From: Massalongia carnosa
Lineage: Eukaryota
Length of the DNA: 64,000 bases
Reading direction: 5' to 3'
NCBI GenBank assembly: GCA_965645245.1
Contig: OZ287068.1
Coordinates: 2,542,001-2,606,000, forward strand
Positions 41,701 to 55,000 of this stretch are shown here, one piece after another. A program made the translations under genes and the position numbers. The notes beneath the pieces were generated by a model. The model was not told the origin of the DNA, searched no databases, and saw nothing but the letters and a program-made list of their open reading frames with translations. Position 1 is the stretch's first letter. Each line of letters starts with the position of its first letter.

Positions 41701-43974
41701 CTTATCTGAGGAAACGTTGAAAATCGTAACTGAAGAATCTACCAGATCACCAGAATCTACCAGATCACCAATGTCAACAGGGCTGTGGGGTAATAGAGTT
41801 TCTTGGCCTTCAACCTCGTGTGAATCTGCAGGAGCGGGAACTTTGGTGAGAGAACAGGTACCAGTTACCACGGACTTGTTCGTCTCGGCGTAAACGCCGT
41901 CACGTATATATGTAGGGCTGAATGAAGATTCCGGAAATGTTTTCACTTTCTTACCGCCAAGACGGCGATTTGTCGTGCCTTCTTCATCAGCTAGCCAGGT
42001 AGTGAGTATATCCTCTTCATCCTCTGTGCTGGACGCATCTTGAAAGTCATCACAAGATTTCATACCGTCAGATTTAGCGAAAGCCCGTGAATTTAACGTT
42101 TTGTTGCTTGTTAATCTATAGTATAATTTCAAGTCCGTTGAATGCAATGCATCATTCTTCACGACATGAGCTATATTGCTTCTTTGTTTAAAGCGCCGTC
42201 TTTGCTGCTCTGTACGATGTTTATCGACAGACAACACCGACTGCTTATCATCGGGGACTTCATTGTTAGCATAGACATTATATAATGTCGTGGCTGGCTG
42301 AGAGGTGCTGGAAACGCTGAGCGACCTTTGGTGCGATCTAGTTTCCCCAGATTCCTTCGAAAGGCGAGTCGAGTTGGTGGAAATTGGCCTTGAGAGGGCA
42401 GCTCGCCCGTTCCCATATGGTAGAGGACCAAGTCTATTTTTTTCCTTTTGGTCAGGCTGGCTTGTTACATTCGTAACCTTTATATTCTTTAGAGAGGTCC
42501 AAGAACGACCATTGACAATGGCTTTATCTTCCTCGGTTTCTTGGCTGTCTTCCAAAGATAGACTTGAGCTATCTTTAGAGAAGGGCTTGGTTTTTATAGT
42601 CGATTTTATGGAACCCACAAGGGGATCACTGGAATGTGGCATCTGTCCGGGCCCTAACAGAGAAAGGTCAAATGGCGTTCGCACCGAGATGGAACATGCA
42701 GAAGGCTGAACGAATTGTCTAGGTCCAAGCAACGAGAGATCATCCGAAGCATGGCTTTCAGAGGAAGAGCGAGATATATTGGGGTTGAAAAGGCCGGATA
42801 ATGACAAGCCCTTCGTGGGTCTTTGGTTCAAAGCATCGTCCTTTTCACCATGCTGGTCCATGGCGGGAAGACTAGCACCAGGGATCTTAGAAACCTTCCT
42901 GAGGAAAGTGGAGTCTATGAGTTTTTTTATATATTTTTGAGCCTCGGGCTCTATATTATTTCCAGCCTCTTTAACGAAACGGTAAAACTCGTCGGTCACC
43001 ACATCTTCTGCTACCTGAAATCTGTGTTAGGCTTCCTGGCTTAAAGCTGCCTCATGACGGAGACTCACCTGCTTCCCAACGGAGAAAAGGTCACTAGCAG
43101 ACACGCAATCTTTATAATGATTTGCAGAAGCTTGTATTAGCGGATAAATAAATTTTTTGAAGATCTGGGTAAAATTACGATCTTCAGAGTGGGACAAGGA
43201 ACCGAATTGGTCTGGTTGTACGTTCGATTGTTTGGAGCTCTTTTGGCCTTTCGGTTCAAGGCCTGGCCCAAGGGGCATCTGTTTGTTCCTCCTGTGCTCC
43301 ACAACTGGGGCTGATCCAGGGTGCGGGGCGGATGCTGAAGGGGTATATTTATCGTTAAATGGACTGGGCTGCCTAGAAGAATTATGTGGACGAAGTTTTT
43401 GTGGGCCCTGGCTGGCAGGTTGTGGCTTCAAGCTTTGAAGCTGCGCTGTCGTAGTTGCTTTAGAAATTGATATGGGATCAGTCACAGCGTTTTCGAGAGC
43501 AACGATACGTCTAGGTGATCCTTCACCATCTGAAAGAGAATCTCCTAATCCGGAATCACACGTACCAGCTCCGCTCTGTACATGTACGCCACTGGACATG
43601 TGTGCGGAACCGCTCTGGGGAACTTCAATGTTATCATCCATTTCCACTTCTTTCGCCAGTGTGGAACTCTCGCCAAAACTTTCTGGGCCAGTGCGCTTCA
43701 CGCCCGTCAGGCCTGTGCTTAAGGTCATATAGCCTTTCATCGGCGATCTTAGAGATAAGCTTCCTCTTTCCCCTAATACCCAGCATACATTACGCTCGCC
43801 GTTATATAAATAATAAGGTTTCTGAAAAAGACTCGTCGTCTGGTTTTGGTACCTCGTCGCTGCCTCTTGCGCCTTTGTAGCCGCTACTCTCAGTACTTCA
43901 AGGCCAGAGTCAACGGTCTCTTCCTTCTTGCTTGCCAATTGCGTAGCATCTAGACGCAGCCTATCCTCCGCCAT
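38757..43974 (-). CDS. Large WD40-repeat protein, Raf1/Dos1 (Rik1-associated factor)/DIM-9 (DCAF)-like
   Basis: C-terminal WD repeats (FTAGHDSTARIWD, TAGCTDSATYVWDFR, YTGSSDGIIKCWD) and WTGASGDV...QYNRPRNLLLG..LPDHR. Introns 43015-43068 and 41567-41645 join the three ORFs in frame. The long N-terminus is low-complexity. The family call is from recall. Confidence 0.7.
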
Positions 43975-44537
43975 CGACTGCTGGAAAACCGAGCATCTGT
44001 CCCGATGAATATTGACAGCTAGAGTTTAGTGACCGAGGACTAGATCCTGTAGGTTAAAAGGGCATTAGGTAACAAAGATTGGCAAGTTGAACGTGTCTGC
44101 AAATATCGAGCTATACAGAGGAGTTTGAGCGCAACATTTAAGTCGCGTTTCTCGACTTGGGTAAATGTTACCGCAGATAAGTTTCTTCGAGGAGCCAAAG
44201 GGAAAGGGAAACTGGAAAGAGTAAGTATTTTGGAGCGAGTACTCTACATGGAAAACTGTTCGCCGCGTCGTCTCTGTGTAGGTAGTTAATTTTCCTCTTA
44301 CGGTAAAGCGTGCCGCATCTCGCTAACTTCCACATTCCAGTCAGACAGACCTGCAGGGGTTAAAATCTATGCTTGAGGAGTAGCGGAACGATGTCAGAAC
44401 GACGCCAGAAAGGTGATAAACAGCACAAGAAGATCAAGAGCAGTTCTATGGGAAAACTACTTGTGCAAGGATTTGCAGACTACATTAATTAAGTGCTGCA
44501 ATTACCTGTCAAAGTACTAAAGCATTGCATTGTATTA

Positions 44538-46395
44538 TCCGTACCGCGTAGCTGGCACTCAGTCCGCAGGACTGAGTGCCGAACACCCATATAACCGAAA
44601 ATTTCACTATTTCACCTAGAGGCCCAAAAACATCAGGTTATCAACGTTTTGATAAACCATATGAGCCATTCACAATATAATATGGTATCTTCCGTTTCAA
44701 CTCGCTAAATATCGGCCCCCATCGCTTTCGTTGTTGACGATCAGCCTTATTCTGACGATCCGACTCCAATTGCTCCTCTTCCTCCTTTCGCTCGAAAATC
44801 ATTCTTCTGCATTGATCCACCTGAATAACTCCTCCTTTTTGAACGTAATGCTTGCTCTGATTGGCCCTCACCTTTCGAGTGTTTTCGGCTGCTTTAGTCA
44901 GTGCTAATTGATCCGATAACAGCTCGCTTTCTCGAGCACATGCTAAAGCGCCTTTGACGAATTTCGGATATTGAGCCTCAATTTCATACGAAGCTTGAAG
45001 CAAAGCACTCAAATACTTCGGAGTTTGTGGGTCCGAAAGATCATTATCCGAATGATCAGGTGTTTGATCATAAATATAAGCCAAAGGATCGGCCTCAATG
45101 TACGAGGCCCCTGATCCCAATTTATCGAAGATAATTGACGGATCGAAAGGAATGATGCCCACGGCCTTCCATGCTGATTTTATAGTCGAAATTTTGAATG
45201 CTTTATTTCGAAACGGGTTGAAAGCATTCAAAAATTCCACCTTATTAAACGTCTCGTCCCCATGGGCCATTGCATCCTTAACCGCCTCAGCAGGCCAATG
45301 TTTCAGGGGCTGAAAAACTACGACGTCCATTGGTTGCAACAGATGAGTCGTATGAGGTGGCAGGCCGAAGGGGATAATTTTGGCCTCATTGCAGTACTCA
45401 ATAAATTCAATAGTATGATGCGACCCATAACCATCCATCATTAGCAGTCGATACGCCCCTTTTTGACTCTTTGAGGAGTGCTTATCGAAATGCTTCAGCC
45501 ATTCTATAGATAACCAGTCATTTGAATAACCAGTCTCGGCTGTCGAAAGCATGACTCCATCATTCAAATCATTTTCGGCCCATGAACCTTGAATCATCAA
45601 TCCACTGAGTATGAGAAATGAAGGAATGCTGCCCCCAGCGCCATTTATACATTCGATGGCTGTCAAACTTTCACGATTGTCTGGATCTTTAGAAAATACC
45701 TTTTTCTGCTTGTCATCTGCTAAAGTAATGACCCAATCTGATCGTGCGATGCCTAATCGAAAGCCCGTCTCATCAAAATTCCATTTGTCCTCATCATATA
45801 TGCCATACTCATGCACTATCTGACTGTACTGATTAAAATCAGCTCGTAAAACGACCGGGTCCTCCGCATTCTTTCGTACGGCTGCAATAGGCTTACGTTA
45901 ATCTTCTGAAATTCAGAATGAGGACTCATCCATCGCGTGGCCCATGCATGACTCAGTGGTTGTGGTGGGGTCGAATCAGTCCAGCCCTGCATTAGCAACT
46001 TATTGGCAGCTGCTTCTATCATTCGAAGACGAGGATGAAGGCCTAATGCGATCATTCGTTGAATATATAAGACTAAGGCCAAGTCTTGATCAGATGATAA
46101 TCGACGTCCATGCAGTCCTCGTACGTCAGATGCGGGGGGATTACCTTGAAGTCGAAAACGAAGTCGCTGCGAAGGCACGTCGAATTGACGCGCAATTTTA
46201 GCTCTTTTAGCTGTAGGATTTTTTCGTAGATGATCAATAGCTAGTTGAATTCGAGCCTCAATTTCCTGATAAGTGGAAGACATGATGATGTTGATGATAA
46301 TTTATCAAGGTGGTTGGTCAAAATATTTAAATTTTCGGTTATATGGGTGTTCGGCACTCAGTCCTGTGGACTGAGTGCTAGCTACGCGGCACGGA
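44538..46395 (-). mobile_element. Fot1/pogo-family DNA transposon, full length (1858 bp)
   Basis: 67-bp TIRs at 44538-44604 and 46329-46395 (3 mismatches), with TA target duplication at 44536-44537 and 46396-46397. Confidence 0.95.
44641..46283 (-). pseudogene. Fot1/pogo transposase (HTH_psq/CENP-B-like + DDE_1) with one frameshift
   Basis: N-terminal EARIQLAI...IARQFDVP..LRFRL and catalytic motifs NFDETGF, MMDGYGSH and QPMDVVVFQPLK. A 1-bp frameshift near 45898 separates the two ORFs. Confidence 0.9.
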
Positions 46396-47327
46396 TACTA
46401 CTCCAAGGTTCAGCTTTTCTATTCATGGTTGATTGATTGCAACATATAGAGAGGCTACTGTGTACCACGCCAGCCCATATCCATCCTCCTGGTAAGGATT
46501 CAGCCTGTAATGGATGTGGTGCTATACCGCAAAATCGGTGTCTTGAGACATTACAAGCAACGATAGCGGCATGGTCGGTATGGGTTTTGCGTTTTTTTTT
46601 TTTTAGAAATTCTCTCGGCGGATGGGTGAATTGAAAGAGCGAGGTTCGCAAACTAATGTCTGAACAGTATACCTTTTTTGAATAGGATCAATAAAGATTT
46701 TGTGAATGAATTTTCATTGGAGATAGATATTTCTGAAAAGGTCTTTTTATATCTAGCGGCTTCTAGCAACCATCAATCTATCTTTCAAATCCGTTGGCAG
46801 TGTCTTTTATTCTTTCAATACTTCTTTTGGTACGTCCTTTCACAGCTACTTTTGCAGATCGGGTTCGCTCGTCCTAGTATACGAAGTAGCTCGTACTTGT
46901 ACAGAGTATTTACTGGGTTCTCCAGCTTTCAGAGATTCTCGTTCATTTCGACTCTTGTAAAATGGCCGGTGACTTTGCCGTCCAACACGATGAGGAGGAT
47001 GGTCTTGACAGCTTTTCCAGGATCTCCAAGACTGTTCTTTGGTCAGCAAAAGCAACTTTCGTCTATATCGTCACGTAAGGATATAGCTAAAGGAAAGAAT
47101 GTAGGCAATTACTCCAAATACTTGCAAGCATTATCTTCGTCTATCACCTCAATAGCATAAAAATACCTTACAACAGAACCAGATCTATCTTTGCAGAGTA
47201 ATCAGAGACTCCTTAAGAACATGGAGTTGTGGGAAACTGGAGAGATACGGTCAGCCCGAGCGAGTCGGCTAAGCTAGAGACGCGATCTCCCCCAGTCAAG
47301 ATGTACTAAGCTGAGAATGTTCTGTCA

Positions 47328-47661
47328 CCCTCCACAAGGCTGGCTATTGTTGAAAATTGTAACCAGGCCACGCAGCCACCTGCCGGGAAACAGAAGGCCC
47401 GTACATAGTCTGAGTTATATAGCGGTTATAAGATATTTAGGAAAGAGGTAGTAACCACAGACGAGGAAGAAGAGACACAACAGGAGAAGGAAGACAGATA
47501 AATATCAAGATTAGGCGCAAATAGAAGAAGGGGAAGGCGTAAAAGTCTAGTTACAAGAACAATAATGGCTTGGAAATTAATTCTGTACTGACACCAATGT
47601 ACAGCACAAAGTACCTCCGACGTGCACGGCTAAGCCCTTTTCGGGCTAGCCTTGTAGAAGG
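47328..47661. mobile_element. Possible small non-autonomous element with 17-bp inverted ends and a terminal hairpin
   Basis: CCCTCCACAAGGCTGGC (47328-47344) versus the revcomp of 47645-47661, CCTTCTACAAGGCTAGC (3 transitions). Hairpin GGCTAAGCCC-TTTTC-GGGCTAGCC at 47628-47651. Confidence 0.3.
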
Positions 47662-48380
47662 CTAATTAAGAAAACAAAAAACCATCCACATTGGGACACT
47701 AACAGAAATCGAACCTCTTATGATAAATAAATGAAACGATTTGACCGTATGGAAAAACAACATCGTTATAATCAAGCTGGACTGTAACAAGCTATGCAGC
47801 TGCAAAGCTAGCATGAAGGGGCTTAGTCGGTTCGTAGAGCCACGCACGTTCATGTCTGCTTCATACAAAATACCTCGGTGTAGAAGACTGCTAATCACGA
47901 TTTTTAGACGCTTAAAATGCGTCCAGTCTGCTGCCGTATTAGACGCATGCATGTATGCCTTGAAAAATTATCGCAATCTTCAAATACCAATCTACCTCTA
48001 AAACGAGCTCACGTTTTATATGGTATCAGATGAGGATGAAACGTTTGTTACAGAGAAAGAGAAGAGTTGCGTGAACGAGTTATGGGAGATTGTGTGCATG
48101 CATTGCTATCCAAGTATTAATCCCCACCAGTTTGCCGAACTTGCAGCCAAGGTATTAAGCAGCTTCGATCTTTCGTATATCTACCTCAAATACCGTGAAC
48201 ACTGGAAAGGGCAACCAAAGAGGCCCAAAACTGGTTCAGAGACAACCAAAAAAAAGCCCCCGAAATCTATACTCCACCAATTACCATCATCCAATGTCCT
48301 ATAAAGTGAAGTCGATACCTAATAGCCTTCCCTATCCCTATGAAATCATTCCTTATCGGCGTGCTCGCCCAAGGGTTATG

Positions 48381-50310
48381 TCAAAGGCACTCTCCCATAG
48401 CCGGGTTTGTGGAATCCGCTCCCTTGCGTTCATGGTCAAGCCAGGTACGCGGGACACAAAGATATATGCCCGAGGCGTGCACCGGCGCATCATAAAGTGG
48501 TGTTAACCCCGGACTCCGCGTACCGGGTAAAGTCTCCAAGCTCTCTGTCGGGTCTGAAAAAACTGGGAAGGAAGCATTTGAGTTGGCTGAAGCGGCTGTA
48601 GTGATTGAGGAGTCAGCAGTGGCTCCTGAAGTGCGCTTTTGTTGCTTTGCCATGGCGTTGTGGGCTGGCGGGAAGTTTTGGCTTTGGGCTTTGGCTTTGG
48701 CGTCAAACTCCCGCTGCTCGAGGAGGAAGCTCTTTATAGTTTCTAGGATTCGGGGAGTAATGCGGTGCATATAGCCCGGTTCGTTACCTTTTGTGTTTGT
48801 GGTTGTGTAGCGCAGCGGATCGATTTTCTTATGTGTGCCAATCTCGTTATAGCTAGGGGGAGGATCTTCAAGGCCTTCAATCGGATCTGGGGGAGCGGGT
48901 GCATCGCCGAGGCTATTCTGCATGGCTAATCGTAGTTTCTCCTCCTCGCGGCTCTCGTGTCCGCGTCTAACATTTCGTGCGCTGTTGTGTAGTGCCTGTC
49001 GAACGGTTGCATCGAGCTCGTCTCGTCATATTTCTTGGACTCGACGTCTCCTTGAAGACGAGGTTGAGGCTCGCTCTATGGATGGCCTATCTACGTACGG
49101 GGTCCGCTCAGAATTCCTTCGGCCAATTAGAATTTCTTGGGGGATTTGAATGTGAGGCGGATTCCGCAACGATGTATCAGGGGTTCCTTGAAGTACAACT
49201 GCTAGACGAGCTGAAGCAGCCCGTGGAGGCTGCGGCAAAGCAGGACTTCTTCTTCCATGTGGCATTAGAGCGTCTTTTACGCACTTTCTAAGAGCCTCAA
49301 CAGGAAATCGCCGTTGTAGCACTTCTGGTGGTATGGAGTACGGCCTTAGATTTCTGAATGCGCTTCAAACCTCCAGAGTTGATACTGGCTCTTCGTGGAG
49401 CAATGTCCGCTCCTGAGATGAAGCTGCGATGTTACGTGGTATAAAGTGAGATCTTTCAAGCCGACTAGTGGACATGACATCTGCTTCTCCTGAAGCTGAG
49501 TTTGATCTGTCTCGCTGCTAGCTTGCCGACGCTACCTAGTCCTTTGATGTTGAGCTGGACCCTTGCTGCGGTCTTGAACTGCTAGCACTTCGGAAGCTTT
49601 CATGTAGCCTCGCTAACTCTGATTTATCCCGAGCCTTCTTCCTATTAGCTTCCGCTGCACTTTCTCTCAATAGATGCTTTAACTCGGCTCCGGCATCAGC
49701 TTCCCTGCGTTGAGCATGAGTTCTTCCTAAGGCCAGCCTTCTACTTTCAGCGATTGCGGCAGCTACATCGGCAGCTTCCCAGGCAGTCGTTTTGGCTTTC
49801 TTGTTCGCATTCCCTCTGTTCCCTAGCGCTGTGCTCCTCAAGACTTTTTCTGAACAAGTTTTGAAGTTCTTCGTCTTCATCCCCGTTGTTGTCCAAGGAT
49901 GACCGTATTTTACTTTTCTGACCACTAGTTTTGATAGCTTGGCGAAAACGGCTTTCTCCAACTTTATAATCCACAAGCTCTAGTGCTTATGGATTGCCCA
50001 GGGCTTGCCTGCGTGCATCCCGGATCTCTTCCTCATTGCTTGATGCTGAGCTACTTTTACGTTGCGTTGACGCATTACCTTGTCGACGTCTTGGCCTGCC
50101 TTCTGCCTCGGTGGTGAGAATAGAGATATTGTTCCCGGAAGTTAACTGGAGAGGCTGCTGTCGAGAGGAACTTCTTGCAATTTACCGGCGGTTTTGACGT
50201 GCCAGAATATGCGCCGAGAAGTTACTGTTACTGGATGCACTGTCTTTGTCGTCAACGTTGATGCTGGAGTGATAAACTGCCCTTTCTTCCCGCTGTAGAA
50301 GACGCGGCAT
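48381..50310 (-). pseudogene. Disrupted gene with repeated UIM-like motifs
   Basis: Several acidic helical motifs (EDEELQNLFRKSLEEH, ADVAAAIAESRRL, EEEKLRLAMQNSL) and PPPSY are spread over several frames with stops and frameshifts. Confidence 0.4.
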
Positions 50311-51342
50311 CGTTACATGAACCTCTCTCTATCTATTACCTGAAAATCATGTTGACGAACCTCCGAAGCTCACCTGTGTCCAATATCTGGATCTAGAAAA
50401 CCGATTGAAGTAGCAAGGAGGGTTTGAGGGGTTAGAAACAATATTGTTAATGTCACAAAGGTCTTCTACTGGTGAGGAGTAATCGTTGAGATTTGTAAAG
50501 AAGGTTTGGCTGCCAATGAATAACATGATTACTGGACTCATCTCGCTATAGTGAACAAGATGCATGAATATAGGATGAGATAGCACCGATTCCTCAACAT
50601 ACAAACGGAGTTAGAACGACATCAAAATTGATGAACATTGTCGACGTTGAGTTATCATACTGTTCATTCTAAAGGGAAGACTTAACAGTCACTGGCCGAC
50701 GCATTCTATCTTTAAAAGATGCAATGGAGTCTCCAGCGAGAATAAGGCTTTCCGATTTATTATCTCCCCGGCGTCCATTCAAAGCAAGTAGTTATGTGGG
50801 TTTCCACAGTTCAACGAAATCCACATCAGTATTGGGCTGGAGAGGACAGAGACTGAGTTTCCTATTTTCAGCCTACCTGGACCCAATATCTGCGACACGG
50901 GCCAGAATCCTGCAGGATCTCATTGCAGAATTCGAAGCTTCTTAAAACCTTCTAACCAATAGATGATGTCTTTCAGTACTACATGATCTTGTCAATACTC
51001 CGCCCAGCAAACTTTCTCTAAGGAGACTAATGCCATATCTCCAGACCTCAGATCTGCGCACCCTTGTCCCACCCTTAGCGAGCTCAGAAATTCTTACCAT
51101 CCTTTCATTGAAATAGAGGCACAACCAAAGGGCAGACGTGGTGTATGCCGCTGACAAGCGTGCATTCGTTTAAAAAATTTCGACCTTATATTATGATCTG
51201 TATATTCCATGTTTCCTCACCTTTTTCTTTAGGCATTTACTACTAGCATCCCCCATCGTTGCAATTCACCCTCAATTATCCTTTTCTCCTTGCGTTTTCC
51301 AAATTCTGACTCATTATCTCAAATCAAAGCCTAACATCGGTC

Positions 51343-52035
51343 ATGCAATCACTCAAAGCCACCCCTTCATCGTTCTAGAAAATCTTCTCTCGTGCCATTC
51401 TCCTTCTCTTAGCATTCCTTTCGACGCTCTTTCTCAGCATCGCTAGCAGCCTCTATAACCGCTACCTGAAAGGTGCCAAAGGCGACTTTGCCTCATCTCA
51501 AAGCGACTGGACCGATGAAATCACTCTAATCCCGGTACTTAATTAGTCCTGTGTTAACTGTCCCCCCGAAAATTAAAGCCTTATCAAAACCAGGAAAACC
51601 ATATACTATCTTAATCTGTTCCATAAAGCAGCTCACTAACCACCGCATGAATGAAAATTAGGTACTTATATCATTCATCTATAGCCTCGCCTTCATCCTC
51701 TCCGTCAACTTCCCAGCCCCCTAGCTTCATCTAGGCTACTATCTTTTCTTTGACCTTATCTATTTCATCACATTGGTGACCATGTGTCTCGTCGGTCAGG
51801 TATTATCCAAGACAGCGCTGCACTTCAACCTGGCGAATGGTTCTCGGTGTGAGGCTTCTTACGGACACGTTGAAACTGACTGCACGCCGCGGGTCAAAAC
51901 GGTGCGGAATCTCGAACTGGTGGCGTTTCTCTCGGTGGCCCCTTTGGCGTACGTTTATACCCATCCCTCTTTAGCTCAAATATTTTCTGGATCCGTTGAA
52001 TTTCAAGTAATGGCAATCAAACGCGGGATTTGGTA
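51343..52035 (+). pseudogene. Relic of a membrane-protein gene
   Basis: Hydrophobic fragments (RAILLLLAFLF, YYLFFDLIYFITLVTMCLVG, LELVAFLSVAPLA) with stops, frameshifts and intron-like segments. Confidence 0.3.
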
Positions 52036-55000
52036 ATATGCTAATCCCATAGGCTGAGACATGGTCACTTCATCTTCGTCATTCTCGCCTGCTGGAAAAC
52101 CTATATCCATCATCATCAACCCCACAATAATCCCAAGGCAACAACCCAACCCAAACAAGCAGCTTCCCTCTCTCGGGATCTCCCGATACTTGTAGACCCG
52201 CCAATGATCAGGATATCGAGAGAGCGTGACGAAGGCGGGGACGGCGCTGTAAGGGTTTAAAAAACCAGGTTGAGAAATTTTGATTTGGGGGGACGTTGGC
52301 TGATAAGTACTCGATAAACTCATTCCATGTACCTGACTACTTGCTTCAGAACCGGCCAATTTCCGAGTTTTCGCACGCGCATAATCCTCGTCGTTGCCTG
52401 CACGTGTCTTGTGCGTTTTCGCGAACTGAGAGGACTCGGGTTTTTTTCATCAAGGGAAAGGGGTTAGTTAATACCTGATTATGTTCTTGGCAATCTCTGT
52501 TGTGTTGTTGCACCTCATCCAACCTCCCTAATTAATTACTCTCCCTTCATTCCCCAATACCTCCCTATGTCCCCTTCTCCCATTTCCAACCCCCCCCCCT
52601 TCAAAACCCCTCCCTTCCTCCCTTTCTCTATACGAAATAACTATATAATTACATACATAGTTCCTCATAGATGAGGATAATCTGGAGATTAAAAACCCAA
52701 ACCCGGAGATGACCGAAAGTTGGCCATTGTCCCCGTAAATCGACTGGACGGAAGGTTCTGTATATAGGTAGGTATATATAGTTAACTAGGTAATTATTCT
52801 GTGTGCTCGCACGCACGCGCAGGCTGCCACCGCCTGGTGCCGAGCGCAGATGTTGTATGTACATGAAGTTATACATATGTAAATAAATAAACAAATGGGA
52901 AAAGTTGCGCTTTTCTTGCGCTGGAGTTTGGGTAAAGCTAATCGATCGATCGATCAATTACAACAATACTAGGTATTTTAGACCTTACGTTCTGCTTTGG
53001 CCATAATGCATATCACTACCACAACACTGGCCTCTTGCGCTCCTTGCAGTAGCAGCTTCACCTGTAACGGCGCTTCCCCATGAACCCGAGGCGATCACCC
53101 TATAGATAGAGTATGCAAGTGAACCGATCAGATTCCAAGCCTGTGGGTGATTTGCGAGATTCATTCGTCCCCCTCCTGCTTCCGGCCTTGCATGAACGAA
53201 TATAAATGTCTGCGAAAAAAATATACTGGAACTCTCTTGAAGCGCCACAGCCTAAGCCTTTGGGAAAGAGCCGGTCTGACTGATTCCTTTTGCCAAAACA
53301 GCACGGCCCCGCGCATGATTGTTCAAGAGTCCACCCTGTTAAGCCAGGGCTCCCACCGCCTTATCCAGAACTTCTACCGAGGCCATGATATTTGACATGA
53401 CCTTCTCCAAAACCTTTGGCGAGGCCAAAGCCTCCACTACCACCTTATCAAACACCTTCGTTGGTGCTAGAATATTGGCTACCGTTAGTGCCTTCAAATT
53501 CGTCCCCTTTACTCGTTCGCTTACGCCCTGGCTGTGTTACTCTTGGGTTGGTTCAGGCGGCGGTGTGATTCAACGCCAAAGGAGACAGCTGCCATTGGAC
53601 CGGTATCGTTGGTAGCAATTTGGGCGTCATGCAGTTTGACAATACGGCCTCTAGCAGCGAGCATGTTTTGATACAATCGCTCTTCGGCTCCAATTCCATG
53701 TTATGTGTTTGGGAGCTATTATGTTCCAGACGTATGTGCAGCTTTGGTGGTATTGAACGGTACCATTGCTCCTTCTCATCTCCGCCGCCGCTCATTCGAT
53801 TCTTCTGCTTCTTCATTTGCTTATGACGCTCATGTCATACGATTCTTCCCAACTTCATTGTGGCTTTTAGATCCCGGGGGGGCGGGGGGGCGGGGGCGAC
53901 AAAGACACAGAAGGAAACCCCACGGACGCCTCCACCACATACATTCAATAGTACATTCCCCTTCCCATCTCATACTCACATTTAACTGATAGCACCTTAA
54001 ATTGCTCGGCGCAAGACGTTTGCCAATTCTTTAGCAATGCAAGCAGCAACATTCTGGAGTACTACGCCAAGTCACCTTTCCCACCTTGAATTACAAGTCT
54101 TTCGTGACTCCCCGAAAGCCCGAAATTCATGGAATTTCGGGAGAAAGTATCGTTTGAGACCTCCTTTAAGGTGCTATTTATGCTGATACTCTCTGCATGA
54201 GAATAACGATATTCGTCTGCTCATATTGTGGTTTGAACTTAGTAATCCCAATCACTGGCGTCGTATGTGATCGCTTCATTCAATGTTAAAATGCTCCTGG
54301 TTTAATGATATAATATTCCTTTTTTAATTTCAACCTCCCGCGCTGCGGGCCTTACAAATCTTTCTTGAATATCGAATAGATAACCATGTCTCGTCAGCTT
54401 TTGCCCTACTCGGTAGTGATTGTGTAATGTAATATTTAGCCCGCTGAGAACTTGCGGCTTCTCTAAGGAAGACAAAGCATAACGAAGAAGGTTCGAAGGA
54501 ACTTCTGACACATCCGTCGAGGCCTCCAATGACCATTAGTGGATGATGGCGGGAGATCCGCTTTAGGTGTAGGTGCCAGATTTGCGCTACGCTTCCATGA
54601 ATGACACATCCGGGGGACTTCGTGAAAGGCATCATAATCGATATCTCGATACGCTTACTACTTCCCATTAAGGGATGTTAGCAGCTTACAATAGCGACAA
54701 CTCTGATTATATAACTTGTTATTGTAAATTGTTGACTAAAGTTATTACCGAGCTTGTTTGTAAAGTACCCTGTTCCCACACCAAAGAACTAAGCAAGATA
54801 ATAAAATCACTAAATTTATCAAATGTAAAATTGAGCTTTATAGAATTGTTCTTTTAACGTCAAGCAGTTTGTATAAAAGTTTTGAAGCAGTAATCTTGAA
54901 GTGTTAATTTTTTCTGGACATTTGATAGTCTCGCTTGGTTTGATGTGGGAACTTTTTTTGGGCCTGCGTGCCTGTATGAGGTAAGTATAAGGCTGAAAGA

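Noticed and set aside
47348..47593. Solo LTR (TG...CA)
   Set aside because: The flanks GCTAT and CCAAT do not form a target-site duplication, so it is not called on its own.
54302..54668. VIGGLDGC resembling a NACHT Walker B motif
   Set aside because: The key acidic residues are absent and no Walker A was found.
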